Part shown: in pieces, positions 7,801-16,861 of the stretch
How positions within the stretch are numbered: the first letter of the stretch is position 1
Layout: each line of letters opens with the position of its first letter
Virus record (IMG/VR): IMGVR_UViG_3300033406_000375
Span: 1 to 41,822 of that record
Reading direction: 5' to 3' (one strand)
From: a virus
Taxonomy: Duplodnaviria; Caudoviricetes
Length of the DNA: 41,822 nucleotides
The notes under the pieces: model-generated
What the model was told of the DNA's origin: nothing
Databases searched by the model: none
Seen by the model: only the letters and a program-made list of their open reading frames with translations
Made by a program: the position numbers and the translations under genes

Positions 7801-9863
7801 TCTTTCAGTAGTTTATATGCATTTTCCCAAGCAGGATCGCCGGATTGTTTCGCAAGGGTATAGGCCGTTTCAAAGTCGTTATTCATGGCGGCTTCATGTG
7901 CCCTGTTAAGCATGTCACTGCGCATAGATTCAGAGACTGCACCTTTAGTAAGGGAATATTCAATTCCTGGGTATTTTTCAACCAAATCAGGATAATCTTT
8001 TAATACATCTTTAGATACTTTCCTGCCAGTTTTAAGCGCTTGCTCAATAATTTGCTTGTGTGATTGCTTTCCATTGACTTTGCTATTTTTTTGATTTATA
8101 TTGATCTTAGAAGAGGTTTCCGCAACCGTTTCGAGACGAGTACGCATAGGCTCGAAACGCGTAGCACCAAATGGGCCGTTACCCCCATTGGTTGCACCGG
8201 GAGCCTCTTTGTAATTTTCCCAACCAGTTAGCAGCCATGTTTGTTTATCGCCGTGTTTAAATAATGATAAAACAGCGGTGTGTCCGTCATAAGATAAGTT
8301 GACTCTGTGACCGCCTTCTGGTCCATATACTTCGCCAGCTTCGCCATTGGCAATAACATCAACCATTTTTCTGGCAATCGCATTGCCGTCATATCCCTGC
8401 GCAGTACGTCTATCAATGATGTGTTTAATGCCCTCTTTCTTATTACCCCAGTAAAAAGATATACTGCCCAAATCTGGACGGTGCATAGCGTCATTTACAT
8501 CAATTTGGTTATTAATAACACGATCAATAGCTTCAGTCCCGCGTTGTATATTTTCGGCGACTTGGGTTTCATCAAATAACGAATTTCTATCTCCTTGTAC
8601 TTTTTCGTACTCTTCTTTGGTCATTTCCCAAAAGTCTTTACTTTTAAATAAGTCTTCGTTAATCCTAATATCATCATCGATATTGCGCTCATTATACCGC
8701 TCGGCCTTATCTCTAGAAGCATAAACGCGCCCTGTTGTATTACTGTCAACAGCCCTGCCATAGCCAACTACCGGATAAGTGTCTAAATCCATATAGCTTA
8801 CACCGCGGCTACCCGCCTGTAATACCTTGCCTTCACCGGCGTATATGCCAACGTGAGTGATTCCTTTGTATGCCTCGCCATCCATATTAACAGCATTAGG
8901 ATCGTCTGAAGGTTTCCACCGCTCTCTGTTACTTGGAACATCCCAAAACACCAAATCCCCTTCTTGCAGTTGCGCGGCATCTTCAAAGGTTTTCCCCTCT
9001 TGCTCCAACTGACCGTATTGCCCGTCTGCCGTGCGCTTTTCAAGAGTGATGCCTTTCTCTGCGAATACGTCCTGAGTGAATTTGCCGCAATCGGTAGCAT
9101 CAAACCCATTTGCGCCTAATTCATACGGTTTGCCAAGTTGTTTTTCACCGATTGTTATAATGTCTGCGCCAGCAGTAGTAGGCGCAAGTATCGGCTCTTG
9201 AACGCTATTAAAATCATCAGCAATTTGCCTTTGAATATCTTCGTTAATAGGTATCCCTTTTTCGTTTACTTTCGGTATTCGCGCAACGCTGTCGTATAGG
9301 CCGCGTCCTAATAGTGCCATAGGCAAGACAGACATTGCAGCATTCGCGGCAGTAGATACAGGTTTTTGCTTAAATTGTTGGGCTAAATTAGGTTGACTAG
9401 CAAAGTCCACTGCCTGCCCATAAGTTAAGTCTCGTGCCGCTTGGCCCACGCCGCCTTTTTCATATGATTTGCCTACATCATGCGCCAGAAATGGCAGATA
9501 AGCAGCGCCGGCTACTGGATTAACTAAACCCGCAACACCTAAAGGTGCCTTGATAGTTTCTTCGCCAAAGTTCCCGGTAGCTTCTTTGTATAATGCCCCG
9601 GCTTGTTGCTGTTCTTCAGTCTGTTGCGGTGCTGGCGCATTTGTTATTCCATCCTGCATAGGCGTGCCAGTTAAGGCAAGGGGGTTACTCTCCGCTAACC
9701 TATTGCCCTCCGTGACTACCTCGCGGCCTCCTTGATATGCGCCAATGGCGTAGTTCGACAGAACAGTTTCAACATCATCAAATGCATTGCCTAACCACCC
9801 CTTATCTACTGGCTGGTTAGGAATTTCGGCTGTTCCCGACATCATATCTTCATATGCGCCCAC
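4815..9863 (-). CDS. Large internal virion/ejection protein, polyvalent (NlpC/P60, PBECR1-like, HExxH, LPD38-like)
   Basis: GKPYELG..DCG..GDLVFW..THVGIY; DLGSISFYWG..GIKHI..WLLTGWE; AHEVGH; WYKELP..RIPKPFE; sits in the T7 gp16 position. Confidence 0.8.
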   Translation of the reverse strand: MGAYEDMMSGTAEIPNQPVDKGWLGNAFDDVETVLSNYAIGAYQGGREVVTEGNRLAESNPLALTGTPMQDGITNAPAPQQTEEQQQAGALYKEATGNFGEETIKAPLGVAGLVNPVAGAAYLPFLAHDVGKSYEKGGVGQAARDLTYGQAVDFASQPNLAQQFKQKPVSTAANAAMSVLPMALLGRGLYDSVARIPKVNEKGIPINEDIQRQIADDFNSVQEPILAPTTAGADIITIGEKQLGKPYELGANGFDATDCGKFTQDVFAEKGITLEKRTADGQYGQLEQEGKTFEDAAQLQEGDLVFWDVPSNRERWKPSDDPNAVNMDGEAYKGITHVGIYAGEGKVLQAGSRGVSYMDLDTYPVVGYGRAVDSNTTGRVYASRDKAERYNERNIDDDIRINEDLFKSKDFWEMTKEEYEKVQGDRNSLFDETQVAENIQRGTEAIDRVINNQIDVNDAMHRPDLGSISFYWGNKKEGIKHIIDRRTAQGYDGNAIARKMVDVIANGEAGEVYGPEGGHRVNLSYDGHTAVLSLFKHGDKQTWLLTGWENYKEAPGATNGGNGPFGATRFEPMRTRLETVAETSSKININQKNSKVNGKQSHKQIIEQALKTGRKVSKDVLKDYPDLVEKYPGIEYSLTKGAVSESMRSDMLNRAHEAAMNNDFETAYTLAKQSGDPAWENAYKLLKDTDGGEVPPAPRLGGDVKGKYDGKNITMKELLNRVNDIFAPIRTGRIGHKGVEGFVNHGTGIIRTKDYGDLNVAAHEVGHLVDAALGLRKEPAFDAEFKKIVHERFGEGAYAPEQVRAEGIAEFTKDYINNPEKAKQNFPNYFAAFEEALSKNADVRARVNEFKDMVQAWNNQSPEARGRGAVSFAGDNKFETLKDNAKSMAYKAYEAFFDDKVELARFTSEIEKQLGRKLEFEQNPYKKARMVQNSSLARAEMLVSDSNPELVQATLNKLYNGKLEHAVTIREIVEGLNRKTLNEKYPEYLKNGNFKTWQQAFSTLLTAKRQIEIQKLEPGYKGPMSKLDAEAIAKNSPKELQELTEKFYQYNDNLLAIAEDSGIISKETLTVLRDKYKNYAPMMRDFADEGAMTDAFSTGKKIGNVGNPLKKLTEEGSTRTVIDPLENTIKNTYTVLSAAERNKVAQTFIQLNKESGLGKFIEKVAGTTSDANKSIFTVMVDGEKQAFQTTPEFYRAIMSMNQQSSNMLISMLKPFAQALRVGATISPDFVVRNLIRDTLTAGLYSETGFKPVLDTIKGAKSLATNKELAYEFKASGAPLSAFVGLDRSSVGSMLDKMGGGSEWRKYNPLTYIEAAYQGARKVSEAAESGTRVREFERARQQGVSIEEAGLLAKDVTLDFSRSGTIGRQINQIVPFFNAVLQGGDRFFRSFKDNPARTTAFALTYITLPSVVTWLMNHDQEWYKELPDDVKNSSWLLEHNGTIIRIPKPFEPGIVWGSSIERALDQMFNEDKDAVTQWAKYALDGFAPSIMPTLAGPLIEWITNYNFFTGKPVVGRKEQGLPDELQYNAYTSEMAKSLGSATGTSPMKIDNTINGYTASAGKFLVGLTDNLIGNPKELPAKTMSELPGIRGLTYTPLKNPQSVEEFYNKLEEVEKTYNASGKKGNPPAEVKKMRQNAERIKDLNKENRNITNDDKLTPEQKRQKIDTNAAKVLQIARKAIGKN

Positions 9864-11368
9864 TATTGAACACCACCCTTTTGATTCCCTTGCTTATCCC
9901 ATTCAGCATTATCAATAAAATACGAAGCTTTATAACCATACTTAGGAGCAATTACGTTAATCTTGTCGATGATTTGTTGCTTCTTCAGCCCTTTACTAGC
10001 TAAATCATTGATCGCTTGCCAAATGCCCTGTTCAGTTTCTTGCGCTTGTGCAGCCTTTGCATCTTCGGCGGCAGGATCAAAACCGCCATTGCTCATAAAA
10101 ATCTTGTAGTTATTTACTTGCGAGGCGGCATAATCGTATTTAGTTTGCTGTTCTGGCGTAATTACTTCACCGGTGCCAATCTTCGTATAATATTCCCGGA
10201 GTTGTAGCATATGCCTTTCTAGCCCGCCATTCAGCCGGTAAGTAGCCCAATGTTTGGCCTGCTGTTTATATTCGCTATCAGCCGGGACAGCCAATGCTTT
10301 CATTGCGCCTTTTGCCTGATTCAATAAGTAAAGTTTTTGACTAGGCTTAATATCGGCGTTGTCAATAATATCCTGCGCCTCTTGCAATGAACCGGCTTTC
10401 CAAATACTTGCTATAATACTTTCTTGTTTTTGCTTATCAGCATCAGCTTTATATCTTCTTTCATCAACGTACTTTGCTTGTAAGCTAGTTGATATTGTGT
10501 CAAACATTGGGCTATTACCGTAAGCGGCCTTCAATTCTTGCATTGCTGCCCGTTCATTTTCAACACCATATTTAGAAAACAATGAATCAGCGATATTGGC
10601 AGATTGTATTTTTCTGTCTTTCTTTTCAACCCACCCCTGATAAGGTGCAATAGTATTGGCATCCATTTGGTTGCCGTATAATTTAATAAAGTCTCTCGCG
10701 CCGTTAACATCGTCTTGTTTATACAGTACGTCAAGAGAGCTTTTTAATAATTCACCGCGACCAGTAGCAATTATTCGACTAATTGTTTCGTCATCTTTCC
10801 TATAGTTTGTTGCCCTTGCGCCTTTTTCCCAATCGTTCAGCATCGTATTTACCAATTCTGGGTTACGATAAACACCGGGCTGGCTAAGAGAGTTAGATGT
10901 CGTATAGGTAAGATTTTTAAACGAATCCGCAAGGGCAACATCACTCTGTTTAACTTCATGCGTATTTATGTGCACATTTAGGCCATTGCGATAATTGGCA
11001 ATATATTGGTCAAACGCCTGTTGTTGTCTCGAGTTTTTTAACCCCTTCCGAATGTCATTGGCGCTTTTATCAAATTCAGTATTAAAAGTGTTTCCTAAGC
11101 CATTAGCCTGTGCGCCCTCTTTAAACATCAACCCGCTATCCTTGTTATACAACAAATCTGTCATGCGGTTCTGTATATCGTTTTTTGCAGCAACTACATT
11201 GGCAGTATCCTGCTTATCCTGATACTCTTGCATCCCTGCAGCGGCCTTTTCCATCCCCTGAAAAACTTGCTGACCGTAAGTATTAGCTGAAACAGATGTA
11301 GGGTCTACCCTAACGGTTGGCGGCGCGTTAATGCCTACCTTTCTTTCATAGCTTGGTATTGTTGCCAT
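9863..11368 (-). CDS. Internal virion protein (gp15 position)
   Basis: Helical, MATIPSYER start; synteny. Confidence 0.6.
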   Translation of the reverse strand: MATIPSYERKVGINAPPTVRVDPTSVSANTYGQQVFQGMEKAAAGMQEYQDKQDTANVVAAKNDIQNRMTDLLYNKDSGLMFKEGAQANGLGNTFNTEFDKSANDIRKGLKNSRQQQAFDQYIANYRNGLNVHINTHEVKQSDVALADSFKNLTYTTSNSLSQPGVYRNPELVNTMLNDWEKGARATNYRKDDETISRIIATGRGELLKSSLDVLYKQDDVNGARDFIKLYGNQMDANTIAPYQGWVEKKDRKIQSANIADSLFSKYGVENERAAMQELKAAYGNSPMFDTISTSLQAKYVDERRYKADADKQKQESIIASIWKAGSLQEAQDIIDNADIKPSQKLYLLNQAKGAMKALAVPADSEYKQQAKHWATYRLNGGLERHMLQLREYYTKIGTGEVITPEQQTKYDYAASQVNNYKIFMSNGGFDPAAEDAKAAQAQETEQGIWQAINDLASKGLKKQQIIDKINVIAPKYGYKASYFIDNAEWDKQGNQKGGVQ

Positions 11369-11373
11369 TTACA

Positions 11374-11910
11374 TCACCACTCATATACTGATTTTGCTAC
11401 AGAGCCGTACTTGGGTATTTTTAATGATTTAGAAGCTGACGCGGCACCGTTAGCCTTTTTATATGGGTTAAGTTTTGAGAAATATGTTCCCGTAGCCCCC
11501 AATATGCCACCATACAACTGATTCTTGGCATTGGATTTATATATACTTGCCGCATTGCGGTAATCATTGGCCTGTTGCCGGTAAGCATTGGACTGAAGTT
11601 CAAAGTTATATTCCGTGTCGTTTTTATCTTCCTGGGCCTTGTAGGCGGTGCCGGTTAAAATGCCAAGCCCTGTTCCCATGCTAGTGTCGCCACCGTTGGC
11701 CGCCGCAGCCGCTCGTTGCGTTCCCATAGTCTGCCGCTTTTCGTCGTTGATCTGGTTTAATTCCGCTTGCTTTTGTATCTGTACTTCGTTGGCTTGTTCT
11801 TCTGCTAGTTTTGCGTTTTGGCTTGCAATGGCAGCCTGTTGTTTACTGGCCTGTGATTGCGATATTGCCGATCCTAATTCAGCAACTGCGCTGATTACTG
11901 GCAAGCACAT
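11374..11910 (-). CDS. Internal virion protein (gp14 position)
   Basis: GGAGGGG RBS supports the MCLP start; Ala/Gln-rich with GTQRAAAAANG. Confidence 0.7.
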   Translation of the reverse strand: MCLPVISAVAELGSAISQSQASKQQAAIASQNAKLAEEQANEVQIQKQAELNQINDEKRQTMGTQRAAAAANGGDTSMGTGLGILTGTAYKAQEDKNDTEYNFELQSNAYRQQANDYRNAASIYKSNAKNQLYGGILGATGTYFSKLNPYKKANGAASASKSLKIPKYGSVAKSVYEW

Positions 11911-11911
11911 A

Positions 11912-12346
11912 TTACCCCTCCTTGTGGAATCTGCAAAATAAACGTCCGTTTGGGCCGTAGGAAATTGGTTCATCAACCGTAAAGCCTAATGACTTCGCCC
12001 ATTTAATAACAAACACGTTACTTGCCGCCGTGTAGTTTGATAAATTGCCGTACTTTTTCAGCATGTATTGAGCATGTTTCCGGCTTTCTTTAAAAAAAGA
12101 CAGCGGCAACAGTTGTATGTCGGCGAATAATACCCATAAACAACCACCGTCACTGCTTCGACTACAGCCAGCAATACACAGGACTTTTTCCTCACTTGCG
12201 GCTGTCCAACAGTCCTCAGATTCAATAATAGACCGCCTTAATGCATCGTATGGCTCTAAGCCGTACAGTTCTGAAATCTCTGCCTTATCATCCTGGCGCA
12301 TGACGAAGTTATCCACGTCAGCAAGTGTCGCTGTTTTAACTTCCAT
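11912..12346 (-). CDS. T7 gp13-like/DUF2833-like acetyltransferase-fold protein
   Basis: MRQDDKAE..LSNY..N..IKWAKSLGF motifs; follows tubular protein B. Confidence 0.65.
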   Translation of the reverse strand: MEVKTATLADVDNFVMRQDDKAEISELYGLEPYDALRRSIIESEDCWTAASEEKVLCIAGCSRSSDGGCLWVLFADIQLLPLSFFKESRKHAQYMLKKYGNLSNYTAASNVFVIKWAKSLGFTVDEPISYGPNGRLFCRFHKEG

Positions 12347-14621
12347 AGCTCACCTTCGGAGTAATAGCTACGATATGCATAGGATCGTAACCGGTGCCCT
12401 GAATGATAACCTGACCGGGATAGTCCCATGTGGCACTTGCGATTACGTCAATAAGGTCACCGGTATAATATTCGGTGCCCGGATAAGGCAGTTTAATCGG
12501 CAGGTCTATTTCGTTACTCATAATTTCGCCGCCATACGAATCTACAACCGATACAGTGACGCTATTAATCGACTTCTTACGGTCTATACCAGAATCAATA
12601 CTAAGCGTCTTAACAAGCCAATCATAATCAAGTCCGACCATCACATAACTTGCCGCTTTGTCGAGAGTAATCACGCCACTAGAAACGGTTTTTTTGCCAA
12701 CATTAACACCGTCAGCGAAAACCCTGATTGATTTACCTTCCAAGAAGTCAAGGTCGCTTACCGTAGTTGTGGCCATATCATAGCTTTGGCTTGCTCCGCA
12801 GTCCACGCCCCAGTATGTTTCCCGGCTGGTCACGTCCCGCTCTGCCAGCATTTCAATATACCGGCAAGTAGAACCGTTAATTGTCCGATTAACAATGAAA
12901 TATACTTCGTCCTGCGCATCTCCGGGAATAACCTCAACATCCTCAAACAAGCCGTCTGTGTCGTGATGCGACCAAGCCCATACATCTTGCTCGGGCATAT
13001 AGGTAAATGACAATAGCGCCCCATCTGAGCGCACGCACCACAGAATAGAGTTAGGATTCTGTTGATAAGCCCATTTTTTAATGGTATACCCACTAAATAA
13101 GTGGTCTGCCATGATTGATAGCTCAGATGACGAATAGCCATTTGCATCCGTGTAGGTTAATCCCTGGACCTTATTGGCGTTACGCCGTAAGAATATAACC
13201 GTGTCGGTAATAACCACCGGTTTAACACTACCATTGCAACCACTAGAACCTCTCTGTTTCACTATCTTAGATTTGTACGAAAAAATACCCGTCGTTGTTG
13301 ACGGGCTTATAGTCCATTCGGAATCCTGTGTTAAAACAATTAAATCCTGCATAGGTATCATCCACTCAATGGCGTTTACCTGCCTGGATGGCAGCCTGTC
13401 TTGTATTGATTCATCCTCTACCTGGTCAATGCTCACCACGTTATTATAATAATCATCTACGCAACTCGCCCAATAGGTATTAGGGTAGTTGTCGTTACCG
13501 CCAAACATCAACCGGTTTTGAAAGAAGGTTACTGAGTTTTGCCACCCTCTATAACTTGACCAAGCACCTTCGGCCCATGTTTTGAATGGAGTACCGCCTT
13601 TGTTGAAGTTATTTTGCATAACAGCAGTGGCAACCGTAGTTGAGGTATAACCGGTTATTTTAAAGTAACACCAGGAATATTGTCCTGATAAGTCAATTGT
13701 AATAGAGCCGCTATCTTCAGCAGCCGGCTTGGAAATCTTGATTAAACATTCGTCATCTTCTGAGCCGGTCACAGAATAAGTGCTGCCGTCCTGGATATTT
13801 GCCACTATAGTCTTGATTTTGAACCAAGTAGATCCATCATCAACCGACTTATAGATAGTGGTGTTAGAGTTATTCATGTCAGCGCCATAGGCTCTAATTG
13901 TTACCGTCCAGTCTCCCAATACCCTAAAGACATCACTTGTAAATGCAACACCGCTAGATATGGTATAAGTTTCAGTACCGTTAAACGCTCTATAACGAAT
14001 GCCCCATATTGACCCGATATGCTCCTCCTTAAACAGCCCTGTAGAAGCTGTGGCAGTTACGGTTTCACCTTCATACAGCCATGTATCACCATCTGAATTG
14101 CTTAACGTGATTCTTTTAGTAGTGCTGTTCTCGTTATTAAGTGGCCCAAACTCAAAGTCACCAACTGTTAGCGTCCAGGCATTGTGATCCGTCCGGGTAA
14201 GCAGCCTCGGAATATAGTCTGGATGAATAATATACAACGTATCTGCAGACTGCTCAAATTTCAACTTCCATATATCGGCCACAGGGTAAGGAGTTGCAAC
14301 CTCATAAGGAGTAGAGTCCGTGTCGCTTACAACTATTTGCGCACCGTCCATGAAAAACCGCACATAGTAATCGCCAAACTCAAGTATGTATGCCTGTGCA
14401 GTGTTGTAAGCAAATGACACAAGCCTGGTGCTGTTTAACGGCGCTTTTACAGAGGCTACATACTTTGTACCTATTCGAGCCTGCAAGCCGCCTTGTGGTA
14501 AGACAACCATGTTTTTAATTGTATCGGCACCAATTGCATACTTTTGTAGGTCTGTCCGCCGCCTTAGCGCAGGCGCGAGCTCACCGGCAGCAAACGAAGG
14601 TTGCATCTTAATCTTTGCCAT
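12336..14621 (-). CDS. Tail tubular protein B (nozzle)
   Basis: SFAAGELAP..R.DL, QSADTLY, FFQNRL.FG, WAWSHH motifs; 761 aa. Confidence 0.85.
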   Translation of the reverse strand: MAKIKMQPSFAAGELAPALRRRTDLQKYAIGADTIKNMVVLPQGGLQARIGTKYVASVKAPLNSTRLVSFAYNTAQAYILEFGDYYVRFFMDGAQIVVSDTDSTPYEVATPYPVADIWKLKFEQSADTLYIIHPDYIPRLLTRTDHNAWTLTVGDFEFGPLNNENSTTKRITLSNSDGDTWLYEGETVTATASTGLFKEEHIGSIWGIRYRAFNGTETYTISSGVAFTSDVFRVLGDWTVTIRAYGADMNNSNTTIYKSVDDGSTWFKIKTIVANIQDGSTYSVTGSEDDECLIKISKPAAEDSGSITIDLSGQYSWCYFKITGYTSTTVATAVMQNNFNKGGTPFKTWAEGAWSSYRGWQNSVTFFQNRLMFGGNDNYPNTYWASCVDDYYNNVVSIDQVEDESIQDRLPSRQVNAIEWMIPMQDLIVLTQDSEWTISPSTTTGIFSYKSKIVKQRGSSGCNGSVKPVVITDTVIFLRRNANKVQGLTYTDANGYSSSELSIMADHLFSGYTIKKWAYQQNPNSILWCVRSDGALLSFTYMPEQDVWAWSHHDTDGLFEDVEVIPGDAQDEVYFIVNRTINGSTCRYIEMLAERDVTSRETYWGVDCGASQSYDMATTTVSDLDFLEGKSIRVFADGVNVGKKTVSSGVITLDKAASYVMVGLDYDWLVKTLSIDSGIDRKKSINSVTVSVVDSYGGEIMSNEIDLPIKLPYPGTEYYTGDLIDVIASATWDYPGQVIIQGTGYDPMHIVAITPKVSYGS

Positions 14622-15228
14622 GATACCATCCTCCGCGCGCCCTGATGTATCTAGGCATTTCCTTTGTCTGTTTCCCTTCGGTAAAGTTCCGGTGTATTGC
14701 CTGGTTTAACGCCACGCCGTACATTTGTGAAGCGTACTGCGCCATTTGGGGCGAAGTCGTAAGACCGTATGCAACTTCTGCTGCAATTCCCCACGACAGG
14801 GCTTTAACAAAAGCCGCCGGCATAGCATTTTCGTCCACATCGACTAAATAGCTCGCCGTTGCATCGGCTATATCGCAGCCAATGCGCTTAACAGTGTCAT
14901 AATTTTCATCATAAATAGCAAATACTTCGAATGGATATTCAAATACACCTAAATCTCTTGCAGTGCCAACAGCGGTAATCTTTAGACAATCATCTGGATA
15001 TTCATAAACATACTGATATTCTGCGTGTGCATCTTCGGTTAGTGTCAAGGCCGCAGAGTTGTATATGTTGGCAAACTTCCATTCGTAAGCTGTTAAGGCA
15101 ATTTCTTTGGCTAAGTCATAATAACGGCCACATAGCATGGCTTCAATGGTGTTATCTGTGAAGTTGGATATAGACCGGGTAATGCCTAAATTTGATAAAG
15201 CAATATTACAAATGTCGTACTTAGTCAA
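14608..15228 (-). CDS. Tail tubular protein A (adaptor)
   Basis: DICNIALSNLG, WKFA, YPDDCL motifs; TTG start fits the GAGGTG RBS. Confidence 0.8.
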   Translation of the reverse strand: MTKYDICNIALSNLGITRSISNFTDNTIEAMLCGRYYDLAKEIALTAYEWKFANIYNSAALTLTEDAHAEYQYVYEYPDDCLKITAVGTARDLGVFEYPFEVFAIYDENYDTVKRIGCDIADATASYLVDVDENAMPAAFVKALSWGIAAEVAYGLTTSPQMAQYASQMYGVALNQAIHRNFTEGKQTKEMPRYIRARGGWYHGKD

Positions 15229-15245
15229 AGAAATCACCTCAATAA

Positions 15246-15283
15246 TAAAAATGGGAAGGGACGGAATTAACCGTCCCTTTTCC
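15246..15283 (-). terminator. Intrinsic terminator after the capsid genes
   Basis: Long AAGGGACGG/CCGTCCCTT stem followed by ATTTTT. Confidence 0.75.
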
Positions 15284-15413
15284 TCGTTTTACTTACCTTC
15301 TCTTGGTTTGTTATGCTGAAATTTTTGTCCCAGCCCTTAGGTACCGTTTCAACAACAGCACCTTTTGCATAAAGTTTGCCGTCAATATAAGCCGGACGTA
15401 TACATTTATACAT
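15267..15413 (-). CDS. Small capsid-region protein
   Basis: MYKCIRPAYIDGKLY start just after the cement gene stop. Confidence 0.55.
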   Translation of the reverse strand: MYKCIRPAYIDGKLYAKGAVVETVPKGWDKNFSITNQEKVSKTRKRDG

Positions 15414-15414
15414 C

Positions 15415-15822
15415 TTATAGCTCCGGCGAATCGTTAATATAGGCAACGACACTACCGGCTGTCATAGCTACGGATGCGGTAAAATACAGCCTGTAATACT
15501 GCTCAGTGTCCTGGATAGGAAACGGAATTACTTTGTGGTAACCGGCAGTCAGGTTGGCATGGTCAACGGCATTGATCGGCGTAACCATCGTGGCCGCACT
15601 TGAAAAAGCCTCGGCACTATCGCTTTGCAATGCAGCGGTAAGCGTGGCGCCAGAAGTACCGGATTCAAACGCATCTACAACACGAATGTGAAGATAAGCC
15701 GGTTTATAAAACGCCCCCTTGGTGCCGAAGTTTAATACATTGGTGGAAGCCGCCGAATCAGTAATAGTCTGTTTCGGCGTTCCATTGGTTTGCTTTGTAA
15801 AACTAAGTTGAAGATCATACAT
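15415..15822 (-). CDS. Capsid cement/decoration protein (Bbp16-like)
   Basis: Q.IT..AASTNV, LQSD..AFS, YYRLYF, TAG.V.A motifs; follows the capsid gene. Confidence 0.75.
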   Translation of the reverse strand: MYDLQLSFTKQTNGTPKQTITDSAASTNVLNFGTKGAFYKPAYLHIRVVDAFESGTSGATLTAALQSDSAEAFSSAATMVTPINAVDHANLTAGYHKVIPFPIQDTEQYYRLYFTASVAMTAGSVVAYINDSPEL

Positions 15823-15847
15823 TGTTTTTTCCTCCCTTTTCAGTTAA

Positions 15848-16846
15848 TTAGGATACGAGACTTTCATCAGTGTCGAGTGCATCACAACGGCGAATAGGTA
15901 CACCCATAAAGGACGGCACACGCTTCTTGCCGTAGATTTCTTCCATCGACACAAGGTTGTTAGACTTATTGAAAGCCTGCTTAGTGAATGCGGACATAAT
16001 ATTACGGTCACCGTAAAACCTTGCACGCGGCGAAGGATTAACCCAAGTCAAGGCATCAATCATAAGATCAAACAAGTTTGGTGCTGTGTCGTTAGTTGTA
16101 TTAATTGACTTCAGGGCAGCCTTACTGATGTTAGCAATCCGGTATACCTTGCGGTAATCGCGGACAGCAACACCTACACGCCATTCCCACAAGTCCTGCA
16201 GTGCCGGCCATTTTGAACCATCCGGCATATCCACAAGAGTTTCTGGGTATGGAGTATGCTGCAAACCAGCCACGGTGTTTTTCGGATAAGTGCCGCAACA
16301 AGAATCTTCGCCCCAATCAATCAGCCAAATAGAGCGGTTGTCTGTTCCCGTTCCCCCGGCCAAAGCGACATATTCGCCAAACTCATCGGTAGTTGTGCTT
16401 TTGTAGAACTGGGACAAGCCATCAAACGACTGTGCATCGTTAGCTTTGCTGCCATAGAACAGTTCATTAGCAATGCGCTTCGGCATGGCGTTAAAAAACG
16501 GCTTATTCGCATTTGCACGAAAGCCGTTTTTGTCGGTAGCAGCGTTATAAAGTTCTTTGTCGATCTGCCCAAGCGCGGTAAATAGTGCACAATGGGCTTC
16601 CAGTTGTTTGAATGCGCCCTTAGTTCCAGTAACAGTACCGTTAACACCACGGATTGATACGGTTGGTTCGGTAGCGTTTTGCGAGGTCAAAAGACCATAA
16701 TCCTTATTACCGGGCATAACATACATATCTTCGACGATGGCGTTTTCCTCGCTCATAATATCGATTACGCGAGCCGCCATTCCGTCAGGGTCTTGTTGTG
16801 AAGCGTAGTCTTTCCAACTCCACATAGTTTCATTTAAAGTTGCCAT
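15848..16846 (-). CDS. Major capsid protein (BPP-1-like)
   Basis: LFYG..FDGL, SIWLIDWG, WRVGVAVRDYR..RIANI, GVPIRRCDA motifs. Confidence 0.9.
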   Translation of the reverse strand: MATLNETMWSWKDYASQQDPDGMAARVIDIMSEENAIVEDMYVMPGNKDYGLLTSQNATEPTVSIRGVNGTVTGTKGAFKQLEAHCALFTALGQIDKELYNAATDKNGFRANANKPFFNAMPKRIANELFYGSKANDAQSFDGLSQFYKSTTTDEFGEYVALAGGTGTDNRSIWLIDWGEDSCCGTYPKNTVAGLQHTPYPETLVDMPDGSKWPALQDLWEWRVGVAVRDYRKVYRIANISKAALKSINTTNDTAPNLFDLMIDALTWVNPSPRARFYGDRNIMSAFTKQAFNKSNNLVSMEEIYGKKRVPSFMGVPIRRCDALDTDESLVS

Positions 16847-16861
16847 TTGTCATCATCCTTT

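Noticed and set aside
15844-16026. Capsid frameshift extension (T7 10B-like)
   Set aside because: The alternative frame stops only 4 nt past the capsid stop, so it adds no domain
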